This document shows positions 1 to 10,480 of a DNA stretch of 64,000 nt, one piece after another (within the stretch, counting starts at the first letter, position 1; the number at the start of each line of letters is the position of its first letter). The stretch comes from Nitrospirales bacterium (GTDB lineage Bacteria > Nitrospirota > Nitrospiria > Nitrospirales > UBA8639). Under the pieces are notes generated by a model that did no database searches, was not told where the DNA came from, and saw nothing but the letters and a program-made list of their open reading frames with translations. The stretch spans positions 64,001 to 128,000 of the forward strand of contig OY820905.2 in the NCBI GenBank assembly GCA_963555755.3. Direction: 5' to 3'. Made by a program: the position numbers and the translations under genes.

Positions 1-3000
1 TGGGAGCTGGGCCAGAGTATGAGTTGGCGGCACAGGCTCAAACGACTCTGACCTTTGTCATTTTTGCCCTGCCGCTGATGGTGGTGTCGATTTTTGCCGG
101 GGTCTTTTCTGATCGGTTTAGTAAGCGCTCGGTCATCGTGGTTATGAAAGCGGTAGAAGTGGTGTTGATGGGCTTAGGCACATTGGCGCTTTTTGTGAAT
201 CCGGAGGGAGGACTGTTGCCCTTACTCGTTCTAGGAGCAATGGCTGTACAGAGCGCACTGTTTAGTCCGGCAAAATATGGCATTTTGCCCGAGCTGCTTC
301 CGCATGAACGATTATCGGTCGGCAATGGACAACTGGAGCTCTGGACCTTTCTCGCCATCATCGGCGGAACGGCCATGGGCGGTATTTTGTTGCAAATGAC
401 TGGGGCCTCACCGTGGTTAGCCGGGGCGGTGTTGTTGGTATTTTCTCTTGTTGGGTTGGTTTATTCGCTATCCATTCCGTCCGTGCCGCGTGCGCGGGCT
501 GAAGGTGGGCTGTGCACAACGCTTCAAGGCGCGTGGGATGCGGTCAAAGCGGATCGAATTCTACGTTTAGGTATTCTCGGGAATGTGGGGTATTGGACGG
601 TCGCCAGTTTGGTTGGACAAGATATCCTGGTCTACAGCAAGGCCGTGTTGCAGTTGACGGATTCTTTGTCCGGTTTGCCGTTGGCCACCTTTGGCATCGG
701 TATTGGAATCGGGGCCGTGCTGGCGGGGAAGTTGTCGCATTCGAAGGTGGAGGTCGGACATATCCCATTAGGCGCGATTGGTTTAACCTTCGGTCTGTTT
801 GCCATTGGCATTTTAAGTCCAGGGCTCATGGGCACGTTAATCGGCATGGCGTGGTTGGGATTGTCGAGTGGGTTTATCGTGGTCCCGATCAACGCATTGA
901 TTCAATGGCGTGCCCCTGAAGACCGACGCGGTGCGGTTATCGCGTTCAGTAATATCTTTGTCTTTGGCGGGGTCCTGGTTGGATCATTGGCCACTGGCGC
1001 GTTGGCGTTTCTCGGGCTGAGTGCCAGTGCCATCATTCTAGCAGCCGGAGTGGCCACCGCCGGATTAACCGTTTGGGCGATGTGGATTATGCCGGAAACG
1101 TTTATTCGCATGGTGTTATTTCTGGTGACGCATACGCTGTATCGACTCCATGTCGTTGGGCGTGACCATGTGCCCGATCATGGGGGAGCCTTGCTGGTTC
1201 CCAACCATGTCTCCTTTGTGGATGGGTTGCTCCTGTTGGCCAGTGTGGATCGTCCTATCCGGTTTATTGTTGATCGGCAGTACTATGAACAACCTCTCTT
1301 GAATTGGTTTGCCAGAATAATGGGGGCCATTCCGATTTCATCGGCTGGAACACCGAGGGAAATTTTGTCCGCTCTTAGAAATGCCGGTCGTTATTTAGAT
1401 GATGGCGAACTCGTGTGCATTTTCCCCGAAGGCCAAATTACGCGAACAGGTAATCTTCTTCCGTTTCATCAAGGGTTCGAACGGATTCTAAAAGGCCGCG
1501 AGACACAGGTGATTCCGGTTCATCTCGATCGAGTGTGGGGCAGCATTTTTAGTTTTATTGGTGGAAAATTTCTGACAAAGTGGCCCGAACAGATTCCCTA
1601 TCCCGTGACAATATCGTATGGCACGGCTTTACCGCCCACGATCACAGCCGCGGAGGTGCGAAACGTCGTGCAAGAGTTAGGCGAGCAGGCCTGGGCGTAT
1701 CGCAAAGTCCATCGGCGACCGTTGCATCATTCGTTTGTTCGAGCTGCGCGACGGCATCCCTTTCGCTTTGCCTTTTCTGACTTGACCCGTCCCAAAGTAT
1801 CGTGTCTTGAATCCTTAATCGGGGCCATTGCCTTAGCCCGTGCGTTTCGTCCGCATTGGGAACATCAGTACACCGTGGGTATTTTGCTTCCACCCAGCGT
1901 GGGTGGAGTGTTGGTCAATATAGCCGCGACGTTATCCGGACGCACGACGGTCAATCTAAATTACACAGCCGGGAAAAGCGGGATGGAATCCGCTGCCAAG
2001 CAAGCGCAGTTGGAAACCATCGTCACGAGTCAGTTGTTTATGGACAAAGCCGGCCTTGAAATCCCCGAGGGGATAAAGATTATTTGGATCGATGAGGTGC
2101 GAAAAACTATCGGGACGTCCGAGCGTATCACGGCCTTGCTGCTTGCGCTTTTCGCACCCATATCCAGGTTAGAGCGGGCTGTGGGTGTGACTCTTCGGCC
2201 GCAAGTAGACGATCTTGCCACGATCATTTTCAGTAGTGGAAGCACTGGAGAGCCCAAGGGCGTTATGCTCAGTCATTTCAACGTGGATTCGAATGTGGAG
2301 GGAGTGGCGCAGATCTTTCATTTGGAGCCGAACGATCGGCTGTTAGGCATTCTCCCGTTCTTTCATTCGTTCGGGTATCTCGCAACCATTTGGCTGGTGG
2401 TCAATCATGGTGTGGGAGTGGTCTATCATCCGACACCACTCGATGCCGGAGCGATTGGAGAATTGATTAAAAAGCAGCGAGTGACGGTGTTGATTGCCAC
2501 GCCCACATTTTTGCAACTCTACTTACGGCGATGCACACCAGACCAGTTTGGATCGGTTCGCGTGATCTTGACTGGAGCAGAAAAACTCTCGGAACGACTT
2601 GCTCAAGCGTTTGAAGATAAGTTTGGCATTCGTCCGATTGAAGGGTACGGTGTCACCGAATGTTCTCCTGTGATTGCGGTGAACTGTCCGGACTTCCGTG
2701 CCGCCGGGTTTTTCCAACCGGCTTCCCGGCGTGGGACAGTGGGACGCCCTTTGCCGGGTGTGTCTGTGCGCATCGTGGATCCTGATTCATTTGAACCCTT
2801 GCCCATTGGGACCTCGGGTATGTTGCTGGTAAAAGGGCCCAATGTGATGCACGGGTATCTTGGGCGTGAAGATCTCACTGCTAAAGCGATGTATGAGGGA
2901 TGGTATATCACCGGAGACATCGGGATGCTCGATGAAGATGGCTTCCTTACCATTACTGATCGGCTATCCCGCTTTGCCAAGATCGCCGGAGAAATGGTGC

Positions 3001-3296
3001 CGCATGGAAAGGTTGAAGAGGCCCTGCATCAAGCGGTCAATGCCGAAACGCAGGTCTTAGCTGTAACGTCAATTCCTGATGAAAAGAAGGGTGAACAACT
3101 CGTTGTTCTCCATACCATAGATGAATCGGCGATCCCCGACATGTTAGTCAAACTATCCGAAAGTGGCTTGCCGAACTTATTCATCCCCCGAAAAGACGCC
3201 TTCATCAAAGTCGAACAGATCCCGGTTTTAGGAACGGGCAAATTAGATCTTCGGGCACTCAAACGAATGGCGCTGGAAGAATTAGGGAAAAACTAG
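1..3296 (+). CDS. aas: MFS (LplT-like) / acyltransferase / acyl-ACP synthetase fusion (Aas-type), 5' end outside window
   Basis: N-terminal MFS helices, NHVSFVD and FPEG acyltransferase motifs, FSSGSTGEPKG and YGVTE AMP-binding motifs; frame is open to the window start. Confidence 0.9.
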   Translation, partial: GAGPEYELAAQAQTTLTFVIFALPLMVVSIFAGVFSDRFSKRSVIVVMKAVEVVLMGLGTLALFVNPEGGLLPLLVLGAMAVQSALFSPAKYGILPELLPHERLSVGNGQLELWTFLAIIGGTAMGGILLQMTGASPWLAGAVLLVFSLVGLVYSLSIPSVPRARAEGGLCTTLQGAWDAVKADRILRLGILGNVGYWTVASLVGQDILVYSKAVLQLTDSLSGLPLATFGIGIGIGAVLAGKLSHSKVEVGHIPLGAIGLTFGLFAIGILSPGLMGTLIGMAWLGLSSGFIVVPINALIQWRAPEDRRGAVIAFSNIFVFGGVLVGSLATGALAFLGLSASAIILAAGVATAGLTVWAMWIMPETFIRMVLFLVTHTLYRLHVVGRDHVPDHGGALLVPNHVSFVDGLLLLASVDRPIRFIVDRQYYEQPLLNWFARIMGAIPISSAGTPREILSALRNAGRYLDDGELVCIFPEGQITRTGNLLPFHQGFERILKGRETQVIPVHLDRVWGSIFSFIGGKFLTKWPEQIPYPVTISYGTALPPTITAAEVRNVVQELGEQAWAYRKVHRRPLHHSFVRAARRHPFRFAFSDLTRPKVSCLESLIGAIALARAFRPHWEHQYTVGILLPPSVGGVLVNIAATLSGRTTVNLNYTAGKSGMESAAKQAQLETIVTSQLFMDKAGLEIPEGIKIIWIDEVRKTIGTSERITALLLALFAPISRLERAVGVTLRPQVDDLATIIFSSGSTGEPKGVMLSHFNVDSNVEGVAQIFHLEPNDRLLGILPFFHSFGYLATIWLVVNHGVGVVYHPTPLDAGAIGELIKKQRVTVLIATPTFLQLYLRRCTPDQFGSVRVILTGAEKLSERLAQAFEDKFGIRPIEGYGVTECSPVIAVNCPDFRAAGFFQPASRRGTVGRPLPGVSVRIVDPDSFEPLPIGTSGMLLVKGPNVMHGYLGREDLTAKAMYEGWYITGDIGMLDEDGFLTITDRLSRFAKIAGEMVPHGKVEEALHQAVNAETQVLAVTSIPDEKKGEQLVVLHTIDESAIPDMLVKLSESGLPNLFIPRKDAFIKVEQIPVLGTGKLDLRALKRMALEELGKN

Positions 3297-3613
3297 TTTT
3301 CCCTTGGTGGGAAAATTTCATTGAAAATTAGTTCTGTGGAAAAACTCGTGATTGTTTAAACTGGCTATTCCACGAAGTTTGCTGCAGGGTACCCACGTAG
3401 GTCCCCCCTTTGGAAACGGGGGTTAGGGAGATTTAAGCATTTCTTTTGTCCTCTGAATTCTCTGTCAGTTTATGCGGGATCTTTATTCCAAATACCTCAG
3501 CTAGGCTTCAAAATGTTTCGAATGTTGTAGCATATCAGAATGAGTCAACTCGTCTCTTTAATTGTTTGAATGTTGTAACTCTGGTATCCTCGCTTTATAA
3601 CTCAAAGACGAAT

Positions 3614-3952
3614 ATGCCAAACAAGGAAATGATAAATTTTGTGTCTCAAGATCTTTTAACTCGCATAAAAGCAAGTCTCTCAGATGTGTTCGGGACTCGG
3701 CTGCAGGGTATGCTTGTCTATGGTTCACAAGCGAGGAATGAGGCCACGTCTCATAGTGACATCGATATCTTAGTCTTGTTGTCTCCTCCCGTATCGCTCG
3801 GAGAAGATCTCCGTTTAGTTATCGATGCTGTCTATCCTTTGCAACTGGAATTTGATCAACTCATTCATGCCTTACCTGTAAATGTTGAGACATACCGTGC
3901 TGGAGAGTTTGCCCTGTACCGAAATGCAAAGCGGGAGGGAGTTTTGGTGTGA
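3614..3952 (+). CDS. Minimal nucleotidyltransferase (MNT) antitoxin
   Basis: YGSQAR...SDIDIL motif, ~100 aa, stop overlaps start of HEPN gene; start could also be 3629 or 3641. Confidence 0.85.
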   Translation: MPNKEMINFVSQDLLTRIKASLSDVFGTRLQGMLVYGSQARNEATSHSDIDILVLLSPPVSLGEDLRLVIDAVYPLQLEFDQLIHALPVNVETYRAGEFALYRNAKREGVLV

Positions 3953-4335
3953 GCGTAGAAGCCTCTGACTTCTGGTCCCGTGCTACCCAGGCCCTGCAAA
4001 CCACAAAAGACCTTATTGCCTCCGATCCTGATGCCGCCGCGTCCCGTGCCTATTACGCCGCGTTCTATGCAATATCTGCCTTGTTTGCGTTAGAGGGGAA
4101 AACCTTTTCAAGACATTCTGCTTTGGAAGTCGCTCTCCACCGGGACTATATAAAGACAGGTCAGTGGTCTATTGAAAGAGGCAAGGAATTCACTTTCTTG
4201 CTGAACCTTCGATCCACTGGAGACTATGGAGGGGAGATGCATGTGTCTCAAGCAGAAGCCGAAGAAGCTTTGACCGCAGCGGACCATATACTGCAATCGG
4301 TTCACCAACGGTATCCTGAACAATTTCCACTTTGA
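3949..4335 (+). CDS. HEPN domain protein (toxin partner of MNT)
   Basis: RAYYAAFYA helix, H in RHSAL, RSTGDY motif; coupled to MNT. Confidence 0.85.
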   Translation: MSVEASDFWSRATQALQTTKDLIASDPDAAASRAYYAAFYAISALFALEGKTFSRHSALEVALHRDYIKTGQWSIERGKEFTFLLNLRSTGDYGGEMHVSQAEAEEALTAADHILQSVHQRYPEQFPL

Positions 4336-4588
4336 AACATCTACCATAGTTGTTCCTCATGGCCTCTAGTCCCTATTGGGTTCTCAATGCATTTCATTTA
4401 CCATTAGGTTTTGCCCAAGTTCGTGAGAATGCAATGATTGAGGGCGATATTGTGTCTCGTCTTCCTCCTGAGGCGCATATGATGTTAGTAGAGCGTCAGT
4501 TGGATGTACAGCGGCGGCCTTAGCGGGATTGAAACCTTTTTTCCTTCATCTTGTCGATCTCAATCCTGTGCAAATCTATGGGCATTTG

Positions 4589-4906
4589 TTAAAGTGAATC
4601 TCGATCCTTTCCACACTTCCAACAGGACGTAAAGTCTTTTTCGTGTGATTCGCCACAGGAAGAGCATGTCCAAGCAGTAGTTTCAGCCGGTTGTGCCTCC
4701 CGCCAGTGCTCCAGGAATTCTTGGCCTTTTGAAAAATCGTCGTTGTTGACCACCCACAGTTCAGGAAAGACTTCGGCGAAGGGGACTTCTCCTGCAAGGG
4801 ACGACCCTTGCTGATTTTTGATGGTGCAGAGAATGCCTTCTTGCTCAAGCACCTCCTTGAGCGATTCGACTTCGACTAACATCGAGGATACGAAAAGTTT
4901 TTGCAT
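4589..4906 (-). CDS. DUF2007 family protein with C-terminal zinc ribbon, copy 1
   Basis: LEQEGI..IKN..GEVPF..PELWV, then WTCSSC..CWKC. Confidence 0.8.
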   Translation of the reverse strand: MQKLFVSSMLVEVESLKEVLEQEGILCTIKNQQGSSLAGEVPFAEVFPELWVVNNDDFSKGQEFLEHWREAQPAETTAWTCSSCGESHEKDFTSCWKCGKDRDSL

Positions 4907-6374
4907 GGTGTAATGCCTTCCTCTTTGAGGAGGAATCATCCTAGAAACGGCAGTTGGGCGCAAACGGCCGTGTAAGATATTGGGGTGCATCGTGCAATAC
5001 AAAAAGTCGTGGTCACCTTAGGGTTCGCGCAAGAATACCTTCCCCGGTTTGGGCGTCGATCCATCCCGCCTGGCGGCGTTGCTCGTCCTTTCCATACGAG
5101 GAGTATGCGCAGTCCTCGCGCCTTGCCAGACAGGTGTCTCAGCACCCAAACCGGGGAAGGTATTCTTGCGCGAACCCTCCGTGGTGATGAGACATTTTTG
5201 TATTGTGCGAGGAGCCTGTCCGAGATTAGCGATCGTGACGAGGGGGGGCTGGTTTGAGTCAGATGTTTCGATCGTTTGAGGCGAATAGTGGTGACTATTT
5301 AACGAAAAGGATCGAAAGATCTGGCCAAATCCAGCGCACCCGCAGTAGATCGGTCTAATCTTGGACAGGCTCCTTGGTGCGCTCAGGGTCCGTCACGAAA
5401 TAACCGGGACAATTGGGAGGCCCAGATTTGTGATTGGGGCAAGGCGCGACGAGGGAGCCTAGCGGGGCTCTGTGACCGAGGAGCAACGCTGCCCCGGGCC
5501 AAAGATGGGCCTCCCCGGAGGGCCGGACGCTTTTGGGCTCCGCCAGCGTCGCTCATCGCTTCCATACTCCCGGTATGCGCGCTCTTCGCTCCTTGGCTCA
5601 CTCCAAAATCGTCTCGGCCAATTGTCCCGGTTATTTCCTGACGGACCCTTAGGACCTGCGAGAAAATAACTTGATCAATATCGCGCCAAGATTGGGGTCG
5701 GATTTGGACGGAACGATTGAGAAAAACTCGAGGCATAGCACAGCTATAGTGAGGGTTTTTCGATTGAGGCCCGTTCAAAGATGGCCCGAAGATTGGATGC
5801 GAGATTGATCAAGTTATTTTCTCGCAGGTCCTAAGAGCTTACGCGGACTTTTGTGATCCAACTGCCGTTTCTAGGATCATACGTGAGGGAAGGCTTAAAT
5901 GAAATAGGTGGAGGGTATGAGTCCTCGTACTTTGCCCTTCGACCTTTCGACAAGCTCAGGGCTCAGGGCGAACGGGGGAGGTCAATCGATTGATGACACG
6001 CTACATGAGGAGAGAATCATACGCAATCGGGTCGGTTTTTTTAAAGGGGGTGGAAAGGGAAAGACGGATCATGCAGAATGTAGGGTTCTGGCCGCACAAT
6101 ACGATCAGGTGCACATAAATTTATGGCACTCCTCGTGGGGTATGTCGCCTCTCCTTTTGAGCGAATGGCGTCGTCTTGTATTTTTAGGTCGCTGCAGCAT
6201 CTCATGCTGCCTCTTCCTGGCGTCATAGCCCCTTGGTCCGTGGGAAGAGGGCACGATACGATCGTGCAGCGACACAAGCAAGAAAGCTCACAGGAAGCAA
6301 CGCCATGGCCAAGAAACTCCATGTGGCCAGAATTGGATGGCGGCAGGATAGAACCATATATTCTGTATGATCCG
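4605..6374. repeat. 1.78-kb direct repeat, copy 1 (copy 2 at 10818-12589)
   Basis: Near-identical sequence by direct comparison; both copies end at TATGATCCG. Confidence 0.95.
4940..5875. mobile_element. MITE (TIR CCTAGAAACGGCAGTTGG) carrying four nested MITEs at 5020-5178, 5210-5374, 5385-5649 and 5651-5832
   Basis: Terminal inverted repeats, 5-bp flanking duplication ATCAT; the empty version of the outer element is at 56884-57046. Confidence 0.85.
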
Positions 6375-6517
6375 ATTTTCCCCTAGCAGAATTCGTGCGG
6401 CAAGGGTGGCTGATTCATAAGCTGGTTTGTAAAAGCCCAGCCCTTGGCAGGCCAAGGCTCCACGTTTGGTGAATTCTGGATCATTAATAATCAATGGCAG
6501 GGAGAAGTCCTGGGAAT
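6375..6517 (-). pseudogene. Internal fragment of an ABC transporter substrate-binding protein gene
   Basis: LPLIINDPEFTKRGALACQGLGFYKPAYESATLAARILLGE, cut off at both ends. Confidence 0.55.
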
Positions 6518-6629
6518 AGATGATATAGACGCCCCCCCTTTCTAACAGGAACGAGGGCTACCATCAATGATGGATACCTCAACGTGGTCAGCTATGTTTT
6601 TGCAACCACATACACCCAAGGAGGCGTCT

Positions 6630-7747
6630 ATGAAACAGAGTATAGTCTACGTGGGCCTTGATGTCGATGACACCCAGTACCATGGCTCGGCCTTGCACAC
6701 AACCACCGGTGAAGGCCTTGATTTCACATGTCGGCCGACATTGAAGGGCTTGCACAGCCAGCTTGAGAAGCTGGGCAAACATTTTTCTGGATGCGCGGTC
6801 AGGTTGTGTTATGAAGCGTCCTATCTTGGTTATACCCTGCAACGGGATTTAGCCGAACAGGGGTATCATTGTGATGTGGTGGCCCCGACGAGTATCCCCC
6901 CCCTCGCAGCAAACAGATCAAAACCGATCGCATTGATGCGGCGCAACTGGCCCAATTCTACGCCCATGGCCTGCTCACGTTGATCAGTATTCCCGAGCCG
7001 GCACAGGAACAAGACCGGGATCTGCTGCGCACGCGCCAGCAGCTGGTCGAGCAGCAAACGGACCTGCGCAAGCATTGGCAAGCCTTATTGCGCCGCAATG
7101 GGGTGCATGACAAGGCGTAGACCCACAGTCGAACCTATTGGACCACCCATCACTTTTGCTGGCTCGAGCGGACCATCACCGCCACGTCCGGGAGTCTGAA
7201 AGTCAACCTGGAGCTCTTGCTGCGGCACCTGAACGGTTTGACCACCATCCTGGCGGGCTATGACCAACAGATCGAGGAGCTGGCCACCACGCCACGCTAT
7301 GAGAAACCGGTGCACGCCTTGACGTGTTACAAAGGGATCAAACAGCCCTTTGCCTTCACGATGATCACGGAAATCGGGGACATCAAGCGTTTTGCCCACC
7401 CCCGCCAACTGGTCTCCTGGATGGGCATGGATATCCGGGAATATTCCTCCGGGGGCACCCACCATCGGTATGGCATCACGAAACATGGCCATCGCTCTGT
7501 CCGCACGGCCTTCATCGAGGCGAATCAACGCGGCTACCGCACCGCCATCATCAGCCCGAAGCTGACGGCCCGACGGGCCCATACGGCCCCCGACTATGTG
7601 GCGATTGCGGATCGCTGTTTACGGCGACTGCATAAGAAAGGCAACCGGCTGCGGTTTGCCGGCAAGCATCCGAACAAAGTCAAGGTGGCCTGCGCTCGGG
7701 GAATGGTGGGCTTTGTGTTGGAATCACTTCGCAACGTGGCCGCCTAG
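6630..7747 (+). pseudogene. IS110-family DEDD transposase pseudogene
   Basis: VGLDV, CYEAS, KTDRIDA and YSSGG motifs; frameshift in a C-run near 6900 and in-frame TAG near 7118. Confidence 0.9.
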
Positions 7748-7789
7748 ACAATCATCCAGAGATGAAACAGCCATTTAACGATGTTGTCA

Positions 7790-7985
7790 GCTTGAGTCCA
7801 CTGGTTGATCCGGAGGAGAAGACAGAGATGGGGAAGCCCACGTGAATTCCTTAGCAAGGAAAGCCGCTGAGAATAGATTGTGGTCACCCCAACACGGACA
7901 ACTCTTTATGCGTGACCCAGCACGCGAATACGAGGATGTGAGTCCACGGTCACATCCCGCTCAAGGATCAATCCAGTACAATTCA
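7790..7985 (+). ncRNA. Putative bridge/seekRNA of the IS1111 element
   Basis: AATTCCT (7845-7851) and GAGAATAG (7869-7876) flank a hairpin and match the two strands of the target; ATACGAG (7928-7934) matches the donor junction; enclosing stems present. Confidence 0.7.
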
Positions 7986-8009
7986 AGTTGACAATGGGGC
8001 GTCTATACG

Positions 8010-8181
8010 AGGAATTTTAAAGGGCCTTTTTGGCTTGACGGAACAGTATCCCAGAAGTCGCCGGTGGGGTCAATCGCCCAATCAGGGGCTCACGATGAGT
8101 ATCGGCAGCGTTATCCACGATCAGGGGAGGGAACCGAATCGTGAAGACGAGGAGGCTTACCCCATGGTGATTTCCTCTTCG
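8010..8181. repeat. 172-bp direct repeat, copy 1 (copy 2 at 10481-10652)
   Basis: Near-identical by direct comparison, about 3 substitutions. Confidence 0.95.
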
Positions 8182-8255
8182 AATTGAAAAAGCCGCTGAT
8201 AATATTCCTCAACCAGAGCCTCAAAATCCAATCCCAGTGTTTCCGTTGTGTTCAT
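8157..8255 (-). pseudogene. Chimeric micro-ORF: ECF sigma-like N-terminus fused to the 172-bp repeat
   Basis: MNTTETLGLDFEALVEEYYQRLFQF then EEEITMG* from the repeat. Confidence 0.4.
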
Positions 8256-8467
8256 AATCGACGTTCGTTTTGTTTTTGTTGGTGTCAATGAGTCGAACAG
8301 AACTCCGTTTCCTTACAAGAAAATGAAAGTTTTCCTGCGTCGAGATTCCCGGGCGCTTCAAACCTCCGGAAAATGCCAGGAAACAGGCTATTTATCCTCT
8401 GCCTCCGCCGAACGAAGCTTCTCCTTGAGCCGCTCGCGCGCCGAATCCGAAATGATGCAGGGGAAGA

Positions 8468-10111
8468 TTAGTCTCCCTCCGCAATCCTCTTGAATTCGGA
8501 TACTGTTTTCTCGTCCGGCTTCCGGGTATAGGCGCTTACGCCGATGAAGACTGTCACGCTGGCCAGCAATCCCCAGGCGCTGCGGTCGACCATGCCGGTC
8601 ATCGTATCCACCAAGCCGTTCATTCCCGACAATCCTTCTTCGCCGAACACCGGGATGAGCAGCGACGGGAGAAACGGGCTGATGAAAAGCAGAATGACCA
8701 GCCCCGCGACGATGCCGCTGATCGCCCCTGCCCGCGTCCCTCGACGAATGTACATGATGTCGATCGCCGGAGGCAGCAACAGCGCCGCGAAGGCAATCGC
8801 AAAGAAACCCAGCTGAACGATCATCTTCAGAGGATCATCATCCGGACTCCTCGCATGCGCTACGATCACCAGGACCAGCGCGACGACCGTGGAAACACAA
8901 ATGACGATGCGCCCCACCCAGGTTCGTTCCGACTGACTCGCCTGCGGCCGAATGTAGCGATCGTAAACGTCACGGGTCGCCACGCCGCTCAGCGAGTGGA
9001 GATTACTGTCCGCCGTGCTCATGGCGGCGGCCATGATGGCCACCAGAATCAGCGAGGTGACGATCGCGCCGATCAGGCTCCCGGCTCCGAACAGTTGCGG
9101 CAGGTGATTGGTCAGAACCGTGACCAGGATATTGTCAAAATAGTCGCCCACGGCCGGGTGCGGGGCCACACCCGTCGCGGTCTCCGCCAGGGGATAAAGC
9201 GCCTGACCGCCGAGCCCGACCAGCATGACGCCAAACAGAAAACACGCCGTGAGCACAACAGCCAAAATCAGCGCGCTGCGTCGCAGGGTGTTCGTCGAGT
9301 CGGCGGCGTAATAGCGCATCCACTGCGCCGGTTGAATCATCGAGCCCGTGGACGTGAATAAAACAATCGTCAACAGCATCCAGGGGTGGAACATGCCCGT
9401 CGTCCCCGGCGCTGAAAGCGAACTGGGCGGCAATTCGGCAATTGCCGCAAAGAAAGCGCTGAATCCGCCCAACGCCGCAACCGTCGCGATTCCCGCCAAC
9501 AACATGCCGCCCACCAGCAACATCCCCTGAACCACATCCGTCCAGGCGACGCTGCGCATGCCGCCAATCATGATGTAAACCATCGTGATGCCGGCCAGAA
9601 TGATGGCTCCCGGCACATAGGAGCCCTCTCCGAACATGCTTTCCGAAAGAATTCCGCCCGCCTTGATCTGCATGATCACATAGGGCACTGCGTAAAGCGC
9701 TCCGAGCAGCGCGACAAGCAACCGCAAAGCCTTCGATTCCCCGTAGTAGCCGCAGATCATATCGGCCGGCGTCACATAGCCTTTGGCCCGACCGATTCGC
9801 GAGATGCGCGCCCCAAGGAAATACACCGAAGCTCCCGACAAAGGCACGTTCAGGCTGACTAACGTAAAAACAACGCCTTCCTTGTAGACCATTCCCGGAG
9901 CGCCCAGCAGCGCAAAGGAGCTGAAAAATGTGGCCATGATCGTGAGCGACGAAACCAACCAACCCTGCCCGCGCCCGGCCAGGTAGTAGTCCTCCTCGTT
10001 GTTCTGGCTTTTAAGATATCCCGCGACGCCAAACGCCAGCAGCATCAGCAGATAGGCGCCCAATACCACGTATCTGACTGCGCCCAGTGAATCTGCCGCT
10101 GCTTGTTCCAT
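8468..10111 (-). CDS. Sodium:solute symporter family protein
   Basis: EDYYLAGR, GGMRSVAWTD and AAAMSTADS motifs; many TM helices. Confidence 0.9.
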   Translation of the reverse strand: MEQAAADSLGAVRYVVLGAYLLMLLAFGVAGYLKSQNNEEDYYLAGRGQGWLVSSLTIMATFFSSFALLGAPGMVYKEGVVFTLVSLNVPLSGASVYFLGARISRIGRAKGYVTPADMICGYYGESKALRLLVALLGALYAVPYVIMQIKAGGILSESMFGEGSYVPGAIILAGITMVYIMIGGMRSVAWTDVVQGMLLVGGMLLAGIATVAALGGFSAFFAAIAELPPSSLSAPGTTGMFHPWMLLTIVLFTSTGSMIQPAQWMRYYAADSTNTLRRSALILAVVLTACFLFGVMLVGLGGQALYPLAETATGVAPHPAVGDYFDNILVTVLTNHLPQLFGAGSLIGAIVTSLILVAIMAAAMSTADSNLHSLSGVATRDVYDRYIRPQASQSERTWVGRIVICVSTVVALVLVIVAHARSPDDDPLKMIVQLGFFAIAFAALLLPPAIDIMYIRRGTRAGAISGIVAGLVILLFISPFLPSLLIPVFGEEGLSGMNGLVDTMTGMVDRSAWGLLASVTVFIGVSAYTRKPDEKTVSEFKRIAEGD

Positions 10112-10122
10112 GACGCTTCGCT

Positions 10123-10428
10123 TCAGTCTTGGTTCTCGGCCGCCGGACTCGGTTCACCGGATGGTTTTGCCGTCGCAGCCAGCGGCTCATCGGCCACCCA
10201 GACCTTGGTGTAGAGCAAACCGACAATCACCAACTGAATCAAATACCAGAGAACGCCCCAGGCGTAGACCTTGGGGACGCCCATGAAAGTGAAGACCGCG
10301 TTGGGATCGGCAGGATCGGGGTTGATCAGCAACACGCCCGGCCCCGGCCCCATGATCATGGCGAAAAGGAAAACGACCGAGAGGATCATTCCCAGCTTCT
10401 TGCGTTTTTGTTTTTCAGCGGCGGACAT
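10123..10428 (-). CDS. Small 2-TM membrane partner of the symporter
   Basis: Two hydrophobic helices, GVPKVYAWGVLW, directly upstream of the SSS gene. Confidence 0.7.
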   Translation of the reverse strand: MSAAEKQKRKKLGMILSVVFLFAMIMGPGPGVLLINPDPADPNAVFTFMGVPKVYAWGVLWYLIQLVIVGLLYTKVWVADEPLAATAKPSGEPSPAAENQD

Positions 10429-10480
10429 GATGACAAAGGCCAAACGGAGCCCATGGAATTCGCCGAGGATGCTCGGGAAT

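Larger units (their letters stand above)
6520..8009 (+). mobile_element. IS1111-type IS110-family element, decayed
   Basis: Subterminal IRs TATAGACGCCCC (6524) and GGGGCGTCTATA (7996-8007), AG core on both flanks, long 3' non-coding end. Confidence 0.85.

Noticed and set aside
3614..4335. MNT-HEPN pair as a novel system
   Set aside because: It is a common, well-described toxin-antitoxin architecture
4936..6386. Many short ORFs here and in the second copy (11114-12601)
   Set aside because: They lie in palindromic MITE or intergenic sequence, show no protein motifs, and indels between the copies break the frames
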